Shown here in pieces: positions 9,324 through 19,616 of a stretch of 64,000 nucleotides of DNA (its first letter is position 1; each line of letters begins with the position of its first letter). The notes under the pieces were generated by a model that was not told the DNA's origin, did no database searches, and saw only the letters and a list, made by a program, of their open reading frames with translations. The stretch is taken from IMG/VR virus record IMGVR_UViG_3300025889_000071. One strand, given 5' to 3'. Made by a program: the position numbers and the translations under genes. The stretch comes from a virus. Lineage: Duplodnaviria; Caudoviricetes.

Positions 9324-10295
9324 ATGGATCTGGTTGACTCCAAGTATATTGGTCTGGTATCATCACGTCTCCAGAAGTTTAAGAAAGTAAAGAATAATCT
9401 ATATAATTTTCGTTGCCCGATTTGTGGCGACTCACAAAAAAACAAAAATAAGACACGGGGATATCTCTACCAGGTCAAAAATAATACTAACTTCAAGTGT
9501 CACAACTGTGGTGCCAGTATGTCATTTAATAATTTCATTAAGACTCTCGATGGCACACTGCACAAGCAATATACTATGGAGAAGTTTAAGGAAGGCCATA
9601 CTGGTAGAAATTTTGTTGTGGAAGAACCAAAACTTGAATTTAAGAAACCAGTATTCAAGAAGTCTATTGATCTTCCAAAGGCATCAACAAATCCAATTGC
9701 AAAAGAATACCTTGAAAGGAGAAAATTAAACCCAGATAAATTTTACTATGCCGATAGATTTAAGTGGTGGTCGAATACACAGAAACAAACCTTTGACACT
9801 ATTGGTAGAGATGAACCAAGAATCATTATTCCTCTCTATGATGAAGAGAAGAACATGATAGGTTTTCAGGGCAGAGCACTGGATAAGTCACCTAATAAAT
9901 ATATCACCATTATGATTCAAGAGGAGGCACCAAAGATATATGGACTTGAAACAATCGACAAAGAATTACCTATCTACGTGGTCGAAGGACCCTTTGACAG
10001 CACTTTCGTCAGCAATAGTGTGGCTTTGTGTGGCAGTGACGGTGACCTGGGTTATCTTAAAGGAAGCAGTGTTATTTTTGTATATGATAATGAGCCCCGC
10101 AATCGAGAAATTGTCACTAGAATTGGGAAGTGTATTGAAAGAGGTGAGAGAGTCGTCATCTGGCCAAGTCATATCTTAGAGAAAGACATTAACGATATGG
10201 TTCTTGCTGGACATAGCGTTATGGACGTGTTAAAATTAAATACCTACTCTGGATTGGAAGCAAAAATCAAATTTAACAATTGGAAAAAAATATGA
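9324..10295 (+). CDS. 61: DNA primase (T4 gp61)
   Basis: Zn finger CPICGDS...CHNCG, TOPRIM VEGPFD and YDNE. Confidence 0.95.
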   Translation: MDLVDSKYIGLVSSRLQKFKKVKNNLYNFRCPICGDSQKNKNKTRGYLYQVKNNTNFKCHNCGASMSFNNFIKTLDGTLHKQYTMEKFKEGHTGRNFVVEEPKLEFKKPVFKKSIDLPKASTNPIAKEYLERRKLNPDKFYYADRFKWWSNTQKQTFDTIGRDEPRIIIPLYDEEKNMIGFQGRALDKSPNKYITIMIQEEAPKIYGLETIDKELPIYVVEGPFDSTFVSNSVALCGSDGDLGYLKGSSVIFVYDNEPRNREIVTRIGKCIERGERVVIWPSHILEKDINDMVLAGHSVMDVLKLNTYSGLEAKIKFNNWKKI

Positions 10296-12589
10296 GTAAC
10301 GGAATTAAAGTTAAAAAAAGAGATGGAAGAATAGAACCACTTGATCTGGATAAACTCCATGTTATGGTGGAAGAGGCATGTAAAGGTGTTGCAGGTGTTT
10401 CTGCAAGTCAAGTTGAGATGCAATCCGGAATTCAATTTCATGATGGCATCACCACTGACAATATTCAAGAGATTCTGATTCGTAGTGCTTCTGACTTGAT
10501 TAGTTTGGAAAGACCAAACTATCAATTTGTTGCTGCCCGTCTTCTTTTGTTTGCAGTTCGTAAATCTTTATTTGGCAAGTTGAGAACTATGCCAACTTTG
10601 GAAAATCACATTTATGCTTGTGTTTCTAAAGAAGTATATGATTCTGAAATCTACACAAAGTACTCTAAAGAGGAAATTGAAAAGGTAAATAGTTTCATAG
10701 ATCATGATAGAGATTTCTTGTTTACATATGCTGGTCTTCGGCAAGTTGTAGACAAATATCTTGTGCAGGATAGGAGCACTGGAAAAGTCTACGAGACTCC
10801 TCAATTCATGTATATGATGATTGCTCTTACCATATTCCAAGAGTATCCAAAGGAGACCAGGCTCGATTATGTCAAACGATACTACGACGCAATCAGCAAG
10901 CACAAAATCAACATTCCCACACCTATCATGGCAGGAGTGCGAACTCCACTTCGACAATTTGCTAGCTGTGTTCTTGTTGATGTTGATGACTCCCTCGATT
11001 CTATCTTTAGCTCTGATATGGCTATTGGCAGATACGTTGCACAAAGGGCGGGAATCGGTATCAACGCAGGCAGAATCCGTGGCATCAACGCTAAAATCCG
11101 AGGCGGAGAAGTTCAGCACACAGGCGTTGTTCCATTTCTCAAAAAGTTTGAAGCAACTGTCCGATGCTGCACTCAAAATGGCATCCGAGGTGGATCAGCG
11201 ACTGTCCACTTCCCAATCTGGCACCAAGAAATAGAGGATATCATTGTACTCAAAAATAATAAAGGGACAGAAGATAATCGTGTCCGAAAACTGGACTACA
11301 GCATCCAAATTTCTAAACTCTTCTACGAAAGATTCATCAAAAACCAAGAGATTTCTCTCTTCAGTCCTCATGACGTTCCAGGTTTGTATGATGCTTTTGG
11401 CACTGATGCGTTTGATGACCTCTATGTGGGTTATGAACGAGATCTCTCTATTCCAAGAAAGACTATTGGGGCACAGGAACTAATCCTAAATCTGCTGAAG
11501 GAGAGGGCAGAAACTGGTCGTGTTTATATTATGAATATCGATCATTGCAACTCTCATTCATCTTTCAAAGATAAGATTGAGATGAGTAATCTGTGTCAAG
11601 AAATTACGTTGCCAACTTACCCTCTTCAACATATTGACGATACTGTAGGAGAAATTGCACTCTGCATTTTATCTGCAGTTAATGTTGGAAAGGTTAAGTC
11701 TGATGATGAACTTGAGAATCTTTGTGATCTTTCTGTGAGAGCATTAGATGAATTGATTGATTATCAGAAATACCCTGTAGCTGCCGCAGAAATCGCCACC
11801 AAGGCACGTAGATCTCTTGGTGTAGGGTTTATTGGGTTGGCTCACTATTTGGCAAAACTGGGTTTCAAATATGAATCTCAAGAAGCATGGGATGCAGTTC
11901 ATGGACTGTCTGAATCTTTCCAATTCTATCTTTTAAAAGCATCTAATCAACTTGCTAAAGAGAAAGGTCATTGCGAATACTTTGGTCGCACCAAATATTC
12001 TGATGGAATTCTTCCGATTGATACATACAAGAAGGATGTTGATGAAATTTCTTCAATAAATTACCAGCATGATTGGGAAGGTCTTAGAGCATCTATCTTG
12101 GAATATGGTTTACGGAACTCAACACTGTCCGCACAGATGCCTTCGGAGAGCAGTTCCGTTGTGTCAAATGCCACAAATGGAATCGAACCACCTAGAGATT
12201 TCTTGTCCATTAAGAAATCAAAGAAAGGGCCTCTTAAGCAAATTGTTCCACAATATACATCTCTCAAGAATCACTATGACCTTCTTTGGGAGATGAAATC
12301 TAACCGTGGCTACATCAACGTTGTTTCGGTGATGCAAAAATTCTTTGACCAGGCAATTTCTGGTAATTGGAGTTACAATCCAGAGAATTATCCAAACAAC
12401 GAAATTCCTGTGTCAACTATGGCACAAGACTTTTTGACTACATATAAGTACGGTTGGAAGACCAGTTATTATCAAAATACTTATGATATTAAGACTGATG
12501 AAGTGGAAGAAACAAAATCATCACTAGAAAGTATACTATCAGAGATAGAAAATTCAACGGAGGAAGATTGTGAGTCTTGTAAGATTTAA
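10292..12589 (+). CDS. nrdA: ribonucleotide reductase class Ia alpha subunit
   Basis: ATP cone VKKRDG, SNLCQEI, C-terminal CESCKI; no intein or intron. Confidence 0.97.
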   Translation: MSNGIKVKKRDGRIEPLDLDKLHVMVEEACKGVAGVSASQVEMQSGIQFHDGITTDNIQEILIRSASDLISLERPNYQFVAARLLLFAVRKSLFGKLRTMPTLENHIYACVSKEVYDSEIYTKYSKEEIEKVNSFIDHDRDFLFTYAGLRQVVDKYLVQDRSTGKVYETPQFMYMMIALTIFQEYPKETRLDYVKRYYDAISKHKINIPTPIMAGVRTPLRQFASCVLVDVDDSLDSIFSSDMAIGRYVAQRAGIGINAGRIRGINAKIRGGEVQHTGVVPFLKKFEATVRCCTQNGIRGGSATVHFPIWHQEIEDIIVLKNNKGTEDNRVRKLDYSIQISKLFYERFIKNQEISLFSPHDVPGLYDAFGTDAFDDLYVGYERDLSIPRKTIGAQELILNLLKERAETGRVYIMNIDHCNSHSSFKDKIEMSNLCQEITLPTYPLQHIDDTVGEIALCILSAVNVGKVKSDDELENLCDLSVRALDELIDYQKYPVAAAEIATKARRSLGVGFIGLAHYLAKLGFKYESQEAWDAVHGLSESFQFYLLKASNQLAKEKGHCEYFGRTKYSDGILPIDTYKKDVDEISSINYQHDWEGLRASILEYGLRNSTLSAQMPSESSSVVSNATNGIEPPRDFLSIKKSKKGPLKQIVPQYTSLKNHYDLLWEMKSNRGYINVVSVMQKFFDQAISGNWSYNPENYPNNEIPVSTMAQDFLTTYKYGWKTSYYQNTYDIKTDEVEETKSSLESILSEIENSTEEDCESCKI

Positions 12590-13757
12590 AACAAACAAAG
12601 AAGATAATGGTATGATAGTTGATTCGATGACAGTTTTCAATTCTGAAGAAGTTGATACTAAAAAACAACCAATGTTTTTTGGAAAACCTCTTGGAGTTCA
12701 ACGATATGATTCTTACAAGTATCCAGTATTTGATAAACTTACAACACAACAATTAGGATATTTTTGGAGACCTGAAGAGGTCTCTCTTCAAAAAGATCGT
12801 GGAGATTATCATTCTTTACGACCAGAACAAAAACATATTTTTACTTCCAATCTAAAGTATCAGGTGATGCTCGACTCTATTCAGGGTCGGGGTCCTGGTA
12901 TGGCATTTGCTCCATACTGCTCTCTTCCAGAATTGGAAGCCTGTATGAAGGTTTGGGAGTTTATGGAGATGATTCATAGTCGTTCTTATACTTACATCAT
13001 TAAGAATGTGTATTCAGATCCATCAGAGGTCTTTGATACGATTCTGAAAGATGAACGTATTATGGAACGTGCTTATAGTGTGACATCGGGTTATAATGAT
13101 TTCATTAATCATGCACATGAGTATGATAATGGAAATGATTGGAAGCACGCATTAGAGCAAGTTCCCACCGCACTAGAGGGCAGATATGAACTCAAACGCA
13201 AACTCTATCGAGCAGTTGCAAACGTTAATATTCTTGAGGGTATTCGTTTTTACGTTAGTTTTGCATGTAGTTTTGCTTTTGGCGAACTCAAACTCATGGA
13301 AGGAAGTGCAAAAATTATTAGCCTTATCGCAAGAGATGAAAATCAGCATTTAGCAATTACTCAAAATATTTTAAATAAATGGAAAACTGGAGATGATCCA
13401 GACATGAAGAAAATTGCTAAAGAGGAAGAAGAGTGGCTCTATAAGATGTTTGATAATGCTGTAAATGAAGAGAAACGCTGGGCAGAATATCTGTTCAAGG
13501 ATGGTTCTATGATTGGTCTGAACGATAAACTTCTTCAAAAATATGTAGAATGGGTTGCAAACAGAAGGTTGAAAGCAATCGGTATGAGACCTGTGTATGA
13601 CATTGCAGCAAGCAATAACCCACTTCCATGGACTCAACATTGGATTTCTTCTAAAGGTCTTCAGGTAGCACCTCAAGAGACTGAAGTTGAATCTTATGTT
13701 GTTGGTGGAATTAAACAAGATATAACCAAAGACACCTTTGCTGGGTTTAGTCTTTAA
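12570..13757 (+). CDS. nrdB: ribonucleotide reductase class Ia beta subunit
   Basis: FWRPEE, EMIHSRSY, LEGIRFY, DENQH, APQETE. Confidence 0.97.
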   Translation: MSLVRFKTNKEDNGMIVDSMTVFNSEEVDTKKQPMFFGKPLGVQRYDSYKYPVFDKLTTQQLGYFWRPEEVSLQKDRGDYHSLRPEQKHIFTSNLKYQVMLDSIQGRGPGMAFAPYCSLPELEACMKVWEFMEMIHSRSYTYIIKNVYSDPSEVFDTILKDERIMERAYSVTSGYNDFINHAHEYDNGNDWKHALEQVPTALEGRYELKRKLYRAVANVNILEGIRFYVSFACSFAFGELKLMEGSAKIISLIARDENQHLAITQNILNKWKTGDDPDMKKIAKEEEEWLYKMFDNAVNEEKRWAEYLFKDGSMIGLNDKLLQKYVEWVANRRLKAIGMRPVYDIAASNNPLPWTQHWISSKGLQVAPQETEVESYVVGGIKQDITKDTFAGFSL

Positions 13758-13772
13758 TATAATTTTTTATAC

Positions 13773-13796
13773 GAGGGTTTCAAAACCCTCTTTTTT
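13773..13796 (+). terminator. rho-independent terminator
   Basis: GAGGGTTT/AAACCCTC plus T6. Confidence 0.75.
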
Positions 13797-13799
13797 ATT

Positions 13800-13833
13800 G
13801 GGCCTTGACGGGCCCTTTTTTTATGAGTAGACT
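13800..13833 (+). promoter_or_regulatory. stem-loop with nested sigma70 promoter (TTGACG-17-TAGACT)
   Basis: GGGCC-TTGAC-GGGCCC hairpin plus T run. Confidence 0.55.
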
Positions 13834-13881
13834 AGGTTTGTCGCCGTTAAAGATAAATAATAGCTCATTGAATTCTATAAG

Positions 13882-14313
13882 ATGAGTTATGAAAATCCAT
13901 GGATATATGAAGAGAAACCTTTTGAGTCTGATGATATTATGGATTACTTTGGTTTTGTCTATTACATTACCAATAAGTCCAACGGACGATCGTACATTGG
14001 TAGAAAGTATTTCTGGTCGTTTAGAAAACCTCCTGGAAAGAAAAGAAAAGTAAAACAAGAATCAGATTGGAAAAAGTATTATGGTTCTTGTCCAGAATTA
14101 AAAGAAGATATAAAAAAGTATGGTAAAGAGACCTTCAGTAGAGAGATATTGAGTTTACATAAAACTAAAGGTCTTTGTAACTATGAAGAAACCAAACAGT
14201 TGTTCTTAAATAATGTCTTATCCGAGTCACTTGACAATGGAGAACCAGCATATTATAATTCCAACATCCTTGGCAGATATATGCGAAAGGATTATGGCTA
14301 TTTTTCTAAATAA
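13882..14313 (+). CDS. GIY-YIG family endonuclease (Seg-like)
   Basis: GFVYYITN..GRSYIGRK and YYGS motifs. Confidence 0.8.
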   Translation: MSYENPWIYEEKPFESDDIMDYFGFVYYITNKSNGRSYIGRKYFWSFRKPPGKKRKVKQESDWKKYYGSCPELKEDIKKYGKETFSREILSLHKTKGLCNYEETKQLFLNNVLSESLDNGEPAYYNSNILGRYMRKDYGYFSK

Positions 14314-14349
14314 CCAAGTGCCGTGAAGAATATTATATTCTTATGACGG

Positions 14350-14976
14350 ATGTCGTCTTTTATTAATTTAATGATTAACAAAATTCTTTTTGGTCTGCTT
14401 TCAATTTCCATTCCATCAGCATGTGCTTATCCTTCAATCAATCAAATTGATTCTCTTCCCAAGATTGATGTTTCTGTAAATGAAGAAAGGGCAGTACCTA
14501 TTAAGGTAGTAAAGAAAACTTGGAAGTGTCCTGGATGTAATGATAACGAAAAATATGTCCTTGAACAACTTCAAGAAAAAACCCGTATTAGTGATCGTAA
14601 TGCTCTTGCGACTATCATGGGAAACATTAAGTCAGAGAGCAACTTCCATCCCAACATATGCGAGGGAGGGGCTAGAGTTCCTTACAACGCTTGCCATCGT
14701 GGGGGTTATGGTCTTGTTCAGTGGACCACAGTAAATCGTTATAATAACCTTGGTAGGTTTGCTAAAAAATATGGTTATGATCCTTCTACACTTGAGGGTC
14801 AGACTGCATATATGATTAACGAAAATATATTCCAACGATATCTACCTATGTTTGAGGGCAGTGGCCAAACTGTCCGTCAGTACATGGTTCCTGCCTATTA
14901 TTGGTTAGGATGGGGAATCAAAGGATATCGTGAACATTATGCATATGACTACACTAAAAAAATGGTACTAGCATGA
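14350..14976 (+). CDS. phage tail-lysozyme-like cell wall hydrolase with N-terminal signal
   Basis: ATIMGNIKSES...GYGLVQWT motif. Confidence 0.7.
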   Translation: MSSFINLMINKILFGLLSISIPSACAYPSINQIDSLPKIDVSVNEERAVPIKVVKKTWKCPGCNDNEKYVLEQLQEKTRISDRNALATIMGNIKSESNFHPNICEGGARVPYNACHRGGYGLVQWTTVNRYNNLGRFAKKYGYDPSTLEGQTAYMINENIFQRYLPMFEGSGQTVRQYMVPAYYWLGWGIKGYREHYAYDYTKKMVLA

Positions 14977-15437
14977 CAACATTTTTGAACAAAATCAAAA
15001 TCAAAAACGCAATCAAAAACACAATCAAAACAATGAAAGAAAAATTCGAGACACAAACTTCTCTTCTTGAAAAAAAGAATATTCATTGTTCAATTGATAA
15101 AGAAGAAGTTGATTGTGATGAAATGAATGCTCCTTCATACATTGGTGTTCCTGCACCAATGTATCTTGAAGATGACCCTTGGTTTGGTTCTGCCCCTATG
15201 AAAACTGAAAAGCAGATTGATTACATGAAGCAAGAATTTGAAATGAAACGTCAGGAACGAGAAGAGCAATTCTTGGTAACTGGTGAATCAGAAGATATTC
15301 ATCAGAAAATGTATGAGATTGCTACCAAGAATCAGAATACAACTCTAAATTTAAATCCTATTGGTGGTTCTGAAAACTTTCATGAAGGCCCTGGTGGTTG
15401 GAACTCCGGAACTGGTATGGGGCAATTTAAAAAATGA
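14973..15437 (+). CDS. hypothetical protein
   Basis: 154-aa ORF. Confidence 0.6.
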   Translation: MTTFLNKIKIKNAIKNTIKTMKEKFETQTSLLEKKNIHCSIDKEEVDCDEMNAPSYIGVPAPMYLEDDPWFGSAPMKTEKQIDYMKQEFEMKRQEREEQFLVTGESEDIHQKMYEIATKNQNTTLNLNPIGGSENFHEGPGGWNSGTGMGQFKK

Positions 15438-15649
15438 GTGAAAAAGATTGGCGTTATAATGACACTAAAATGTCATTGAGAACCAGTGCCTTAAATGTTC
15501 TTCTCAAAAGATTTGGGTCAGAGATATGTTCTGATGGATCACCTAGATATTCCAACCAAAGTATTTACGAATGTGTTCATGATTGGGTTTCACAGGGCAA
15601 TGTAAATACAAATGGTATTGTCAAATATTATGAGGCTTATTACGCATGA
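15434..15649 (+). CDS. hypothetical protein
   Basis: 71 aa, ATGA overlaps. Confidence 0.6.
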   Translation: MSEKDWRYNDTKMSLRTSALNVLLKRFGSEICSDGSPRYSNQSIYECVHDWVSQGNVNTNGIVKYYEAYYA

Positions 15650-16308
15650 AAAAATTTCTTCTTGCTATGATTCTTGTTGCTTCTCCTGCATTTGCGGGAG
15701 AATCAAAAACTCCTAAAGAATTCTATACTATGGACTCTATGGGTTGTATGCTCCTTCGAGAATGCACTAAAGATGTCCAACAAGTCTTCAGTATCAATGA
15801 TATTGCTAATGCTCATCCCAATAGTGATTACGATTTTGTTGCTGATGAGTTCAACAACATGCTCGTTTCCCTTGATCAAATCGGAGTTAAGGTGTTTCTA
15901 GCAGATGAAAAGTATTTTCCTGTCGGACATCGTGGGGTTTATCATACCGTCGGTAATAACTTTTTTCTGAATAAATCCTTTATGCATCGTCCTGGTGTTC
16001 TTATGTCTGTGATGCGTCATGAAGGATGGCACGCAGCACAAGACTGTATGGCAGGAACGATTGACAATAGTTTGATTGCTATTATCAAACCAGAAGAAGA
16101 TGTTCCTCCACTGTGGCGTGAGATGGTAGAGCGTACCTATCCCAAGTCTGCTGTACCTTGGGAAGCAGAAGCAACATGGGCAGGTAAGACTAAAGGAATG
16201 ACAGCTGATGCACTCTCTGCTTGTGCTACTGGTGCTATGTGGGAAATTTATGAACCAACACCTTTGACCCGTAAATATCTTGTAGAAGAAGGTTTTATGT
16301 CTAAATAG
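15646..16308 (+). CDS. exported zincin-like metallopeptidase
   Basis: Signal peptide MKKFLLAMILVASPAFA; HEGWH motif and downstream WEAE. Confidence 0.65.
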   Translation: MKKFLLAMILVASPAFAGESKTPKEFYTMDSMGCMLLRECTKDVQQVFSINDIANAHPNSDYDFVADEFNNMLVSLDQIGVKVFLADEKYFPVGHRGVYHTVGNNFFLNKSFMHRPGVLMSVMRHEGWHAAQDCMAGTIDNSLIAIIKPEEDVPPLWREMVERTYPKSAVPWEAEATWAGKTKGMTADALSACATGAMWEIYEPTPLTRKYLVEEGFMSK

Positions 16309-16404
16309 TAACATTCCTACAAGGAAAAGACCACCCAAGGAGAATCCTGCGAAACTCTTTAGTGTTATAATGGTGGATTCTCTGTTGGAAAGCAATTTTC
16401 AAAC

Positions 16405-16596
16405 ATGTCTAATTTAACAAGAGATGTGTTAATCAAGACCATCGTTGCCGAAGAAATGAAATCCTGCGACAGTCCTGATTACACTCAACAATTAAAAAAT
16501 ACTTATCATAAATGGAATCATGAATCTAGTGCAAATCTTTGTCAAAAATACAATCAATTAAATCACACTAGTATTACAGTTGATATATTAGATTAA
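16405..16596 (+). CDS. hypothetical protein
   Basis: 63-aa ORF. Confidence 0.55.
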   Translation: MSNLTRDVLIKTIVAEEMKSCDSPDYTQQLKNTYHKWNHESSANLCQKYNQLNHTSITVDILD

Positions 16597-16608
16597 TTAT
16601 GTTGGAGA

Positions 16609-17292
16609 TTGGTAGTGAATAAAGTGCATGAAATTTTTCCCCTTGTAGTTTATCAAGGAACGGTTGATTGCCATAGAGAATTTAAAGAAAAAAATATAGA
16701 TTCTCTTCGTGACTATTGGTTTAATGGATATGAAAATGAAAGCCCGGAATATTCTGGAAAAATATTTGCACATTTAAATCCAGAATATAAGATGTTTTTC
16801 AATTCATTGAAAAAGAATCTTAATGAATATCTTGAACATCTGAATGTTAATCATAATCTGATTAACTATCATATTGTAAAAACTTGGGTTGGTTACCATA
16901 AAGATGATGAAACTCCATCTGTAGGCCCACATTTTCATAATGAATCCAATATTAGTTTTGTTTATTATTTGAAAACAGATTCGACATCTGATAAACTTTG
17001 TATAAGTCAAGCATCTAATCGTAATGAGATATCTGGAGGATTGTTTGAAACTTCTCATGCAAAAAATGTAATTGCAAGATTCAATAGATATAATTGTAAT
17101 TACTATACCATCACTCCAATTGAAGGTACTGTAGTGCTTTTCCCAAGTGATACTCTACATCATATTCAAAAGTTTACTCAAAGAACTGATGAAAGAATTG
17201 TTATTGCTGGTGATATACGCATTACATTGAAGGAAAATAATCCAAGTTATCATCAAGGATGCACTCACCCTTCTCAATGGTTAGAACTATGA
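16609..17292 (+). CDS. 2OG-Fe(II) oxygenase-like protein
   Basis: HFHNESNISFVYY, FPSDTLHH, ERIVIAGD. Confidence 0.75.
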   Translation: MVVNKVHEIFPLVVYQGTVDCHREFKEKNIDSLRDYWFNGYENESPEYSGKIFAHLNPEYKMFFNSLKKNLNEYLEHLNVNHNLINYHIVKTWVGYHKDDETPSVGPHFHNESNISFVYYLKTDSTSDKLCISQASNRNEISGGLFETSHAKNVIARFNRYNCNYYTITPIEGTVVLFPSDTLHHIQKFTQRTDERIVIAGDIRITLKENNPSYHQGCTHPSQWLEL

Positions 17293-17624
17293 CAATGGAA
17301 ACCTCATATAAAATTGTTATAGATGATCGTAAACCTGTAATGATAAAACACTCTCTGATTTGTCATCCTCCAGCAGATCCATATCTTGTAGATAATGTTG
17401 ATACTTCTTATCCTGGTATTGTCATAAAGTATGATAATGGATATCTACTGGAAGATGGTGTACATAGAATGGCTAAACTTCAAAGGCAAGGAGTATATGA
17501 ATCATTGTTTTATGTTGTAACTATAGACGAGTATAAACGAGGACTGGTTCATATGATGTTTATGGGAAAATTTATACCATTGGGTGAATGGAATGCACAA
17601 TCTTTATCTCCATTGGGACATTAA
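17289..17624 (+). CDS. ParB-like domain protein
   Basis: YPGIVI...LLEDGVHRMAK. Confidence 0.55.
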   Translation: MTMETSYKIVIDDRKPVMIKHSLICHPPADPYLVDNVDTSYPGIVIKYDNGYLLEDGVHRMAKLQRQGVYESLFYVVTIDEYKRGLVHMMFMGKFIPLGEWNAQSLSPLGH

Positions 17625-17657
17625 AATCATAAATACAAGAGCCTCACTCTTTTTTAA

Positions 17658-17948
17658 ATGACAGATTCAAAACTGACTAAAAAAGAGGATGCCAAAAAGG
17701 AAAATAAATTTGACTGGGCAGATGAAGGTCTGTCTGCGTTAGTGCGTGTTGTTATTTTATCGTGGTCTGCAGCAATTCTTACACTTAATTATGTAACGAT
17801 TCCTGGTGTCCCACAGAAGAATATTGATCCAACTTTCATTGCCAGTGTGTTTACCGGAACTTTGGCCACTTTCGGAGTTCAACCTGCAAAGAAAAAAGAT
17901 GAAGAATCTTCTAAAAAAGAAGTAGAAAAAAAAGAAAAAGTTGAGTGA
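17658..17948 (+). CDS. small two-TM membrane protein
   Basis: Two hydrophobic segments, charged termini. Confidence 0.65.
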   Translation: MTDSKLTKKEDAKKENKFDWADEGLSALVRVVILSWSAAILTLNYVTIPGVPQKNIDPTFIASVFTGTLATFGVQPAKKKDEESSKKEVEKKEKVE

Positions 17949-18571
17949 TAATGTATAATATATCCAAGGAACCTGAAGAAAAAGATGTAAAGTCTAAATC
18001 GCCAATTAAGATTGCTGCGTTGGCATTAGGTGCCATTGTTGGCATTTCTCATATCGGTCTTCTTGGTTATTTACTTAATGATAATACTCCTAAAGTAAGT
18101 CAAGTTCCTGTTATTAATATTCCTCGTGGCCCATATTCATCTTATAGAATTAGAGCCGGCAAGGATGGGTATGAGATTGAGTATCGTGCAGATGATCCAA
18201 AGATTTTAGAATCTGAAAGATCTCTTGATGTTGATAAGAATAAGAGAGGATTGTTTGGTGGAGGATCTGAAAAACGTAATGAGTATCGTCGGGATCAATA
18301 TACTAGAGAAGGAACACGCAACCTAGGAGGCGGATCAGTAGATGCCGAGGGAAAGACTCTTGCCAAAAGCGAAGAGTGCATACGGGCGGACGCTGGAGCA
18401 CGGTCACAAGGTGCGATGGCAGGTAGTGCGATTGCTGCTGGTGTAGCAGTTCCAGCACTTGTCAACATTCCTTACATTGGATGGTTAGCAGGTGGATGGG
18501 CATTACTTTTAGGCCAGAAAGCAGGATCTGAAATTGGATCTGAAGTTGGAACTGTATTTAATGATTGTTAA
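17945..18571 (+). CDS. membrane protein with glycine-zipper-like C-terminus
   Basis: N-terminal TM; GAMAGSAIAAG..GGWALLLGQKAG. Confidence 0.65.
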   Translation: MIMYNISKEPEEKDVKSKSPIKIAALALGAIVGISHIGLLGYLLNDNTPKVSQVPVINIPRGPYSSYRIRAGKDGYEIEYRADDPKILESERSLDVDKNKRGLFGGGSEKRNEYRRDQYTREGTRNLGGGSVDAEGKTLAKSEECIRADAGARSQGAMAGSAIAAGVAVPALVNIPYIGWLAGGWALLLGQKAGSEIGSEVGTVFNDC

Positions 18572-18574
18572 CTA

Positions 18575-18778
18575 ATGTACACATTTATAAATTATGCGAC
18601 AGCATTTTGGTCTGTCGTGGTGATGAATTGTATTCAACCTGCAAATTGGCAATATTGCTATCGGGTTGATGAATGGCTACTGCCAGAAGTAAGTCAGGGA
18701 ATCAAAATATATTTTGATAAGAATCATAATCATTTGTATCAAGAAGAGAAAAAATACCTAGATAGTGTAGTCGAGTAA
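18575..18778 (+). CDS. hypothetical protein
   Basis: 67-aa ORF. Confidence 0.55.
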   Translation: MYTFINYATAFWSVVVMNCIQPANWQYCYRVDEWLLPEVSQGIKIYFDKNHNHLYQEEKKYLDSVVE

Positions 18779-18784
18779 ACTTTT

Positions 18785-19108
18785 ATGAAGTTCTTTTTTG
18801 CACTTCTAGCTACATTTTTTCTAGCACTTCCGGCATGGGCAGTTGATGTTACTATGGGTTCTAATGGTAACCTTGTTTTTGATCCTGCTGAAGTTACTAT
18901 TAGTGCTGGTGAGTCAGTACATTTTGTTAATGGTATGCTTCCTCCCCATAATGTTGTTGTAGAAAATCATCCAGAATTGGGGCATGAAGGTTTAGTAATG
19001 TTACCAGGTGAAGACTTTGAAGTTGCATTTCCAGAATCTGGTGACTATACTTATTGGTGTGCGCCACATAAAGGTGCTGGTATGATCGGTACTGTACACG
19101 TTGAATGA
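18785..19108 (+). CDS. petE: plastocyanin
   Basis: Signal peptide; PHNVV and YWCAPHKGAGM copper ligands. Confidence 0.95.
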   Translation: MKFFFALLATFFLALPAWAVDVTMGSNGNLVFDPAEVTISAGESVHFVNGMLPPHNVVVENHPELGHEGLVMLPGEDFEVAFPESGDYTYWCAPHKGAGMIGTVHVE

Positions 19109-19616
19109 TATGAAAAAGATTAACAGTTTTGTTCTGAACCTTACTGTTAAAATAATTGATTATCTCTATAGGGGTAGATACTTTCAACGTTTTTGGGTGC
19201 TTGAGGAGATTGCTCGGGCACCCTATTTTGCATTTTTAAGTGTCTTACATTTTAGGGAATCATTAGGACTTCGTGGGTCAGAACACCTTTATCTAATGGA
19301 GGAACATTTTGCTCAAACAATTAATGAAACAGAACATCTGGAATATATGGAAAGTCGGGGCGGTAATTCTTATTGGATTGATCGTTTCTTTGCCAGACAC
19401 CTCGTTCTTGTCTACTATTGGATTAATGTATTTTATTATTGGGTGGCTCCTGTTTCTGCTTACCATCTCTCCTATGAAATAGAAATACATGCAGCAATGA
19501 CATATGCACATTACTTACAGTATCATGATTGGAATGATGAGAACATTTGGCGTATAATGAATGATGAGATACAACATTTTCAGGAACTACATACTTCAAT
19601 GGAGATGATAAAATGA
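19101..19616 (+). CDS. ptox: plastoquinol terminal oxidase (PTOX)
   Basis: LEEIARAPYF, NETEHL, DEIQH di-iron motifs. Confidence 0.92.
   Translation: MNDMKKINSFVLNLTVKIIDYLYRGRYFQRFWVLEEIARAPYFAFLSVLHFRESLGLRGSEHLYLMEEHFAQTINETEHLEYMESRGGNSYWIDRFFARHLVLVYYWINVFYYWVAPVSAYHLSYEIEIHAAMTYAHYLQYHDWNDENIWRIMNDEIQHFQELHTSMEMIK

Noticed and set aside
10292-13757. Introns or inteins in nrdA/nrdB
   Set aside because: Both ORFs are continuous and of normal length, with no Cys/Ser...His-Asn intein block
13882-14313. GIY-YIG ORF as a recent mobile insertion
   Set aside because: Short catalytic-domain-only protein at a position I recall as conserved after nrdB; no insertion scar visible
16339-16383. GAGAATCC/GGATTCTC inverted repeat around a TATAAT
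   Set aside because: No good -35 at proper spacing and too short to call an RNA without comparative data
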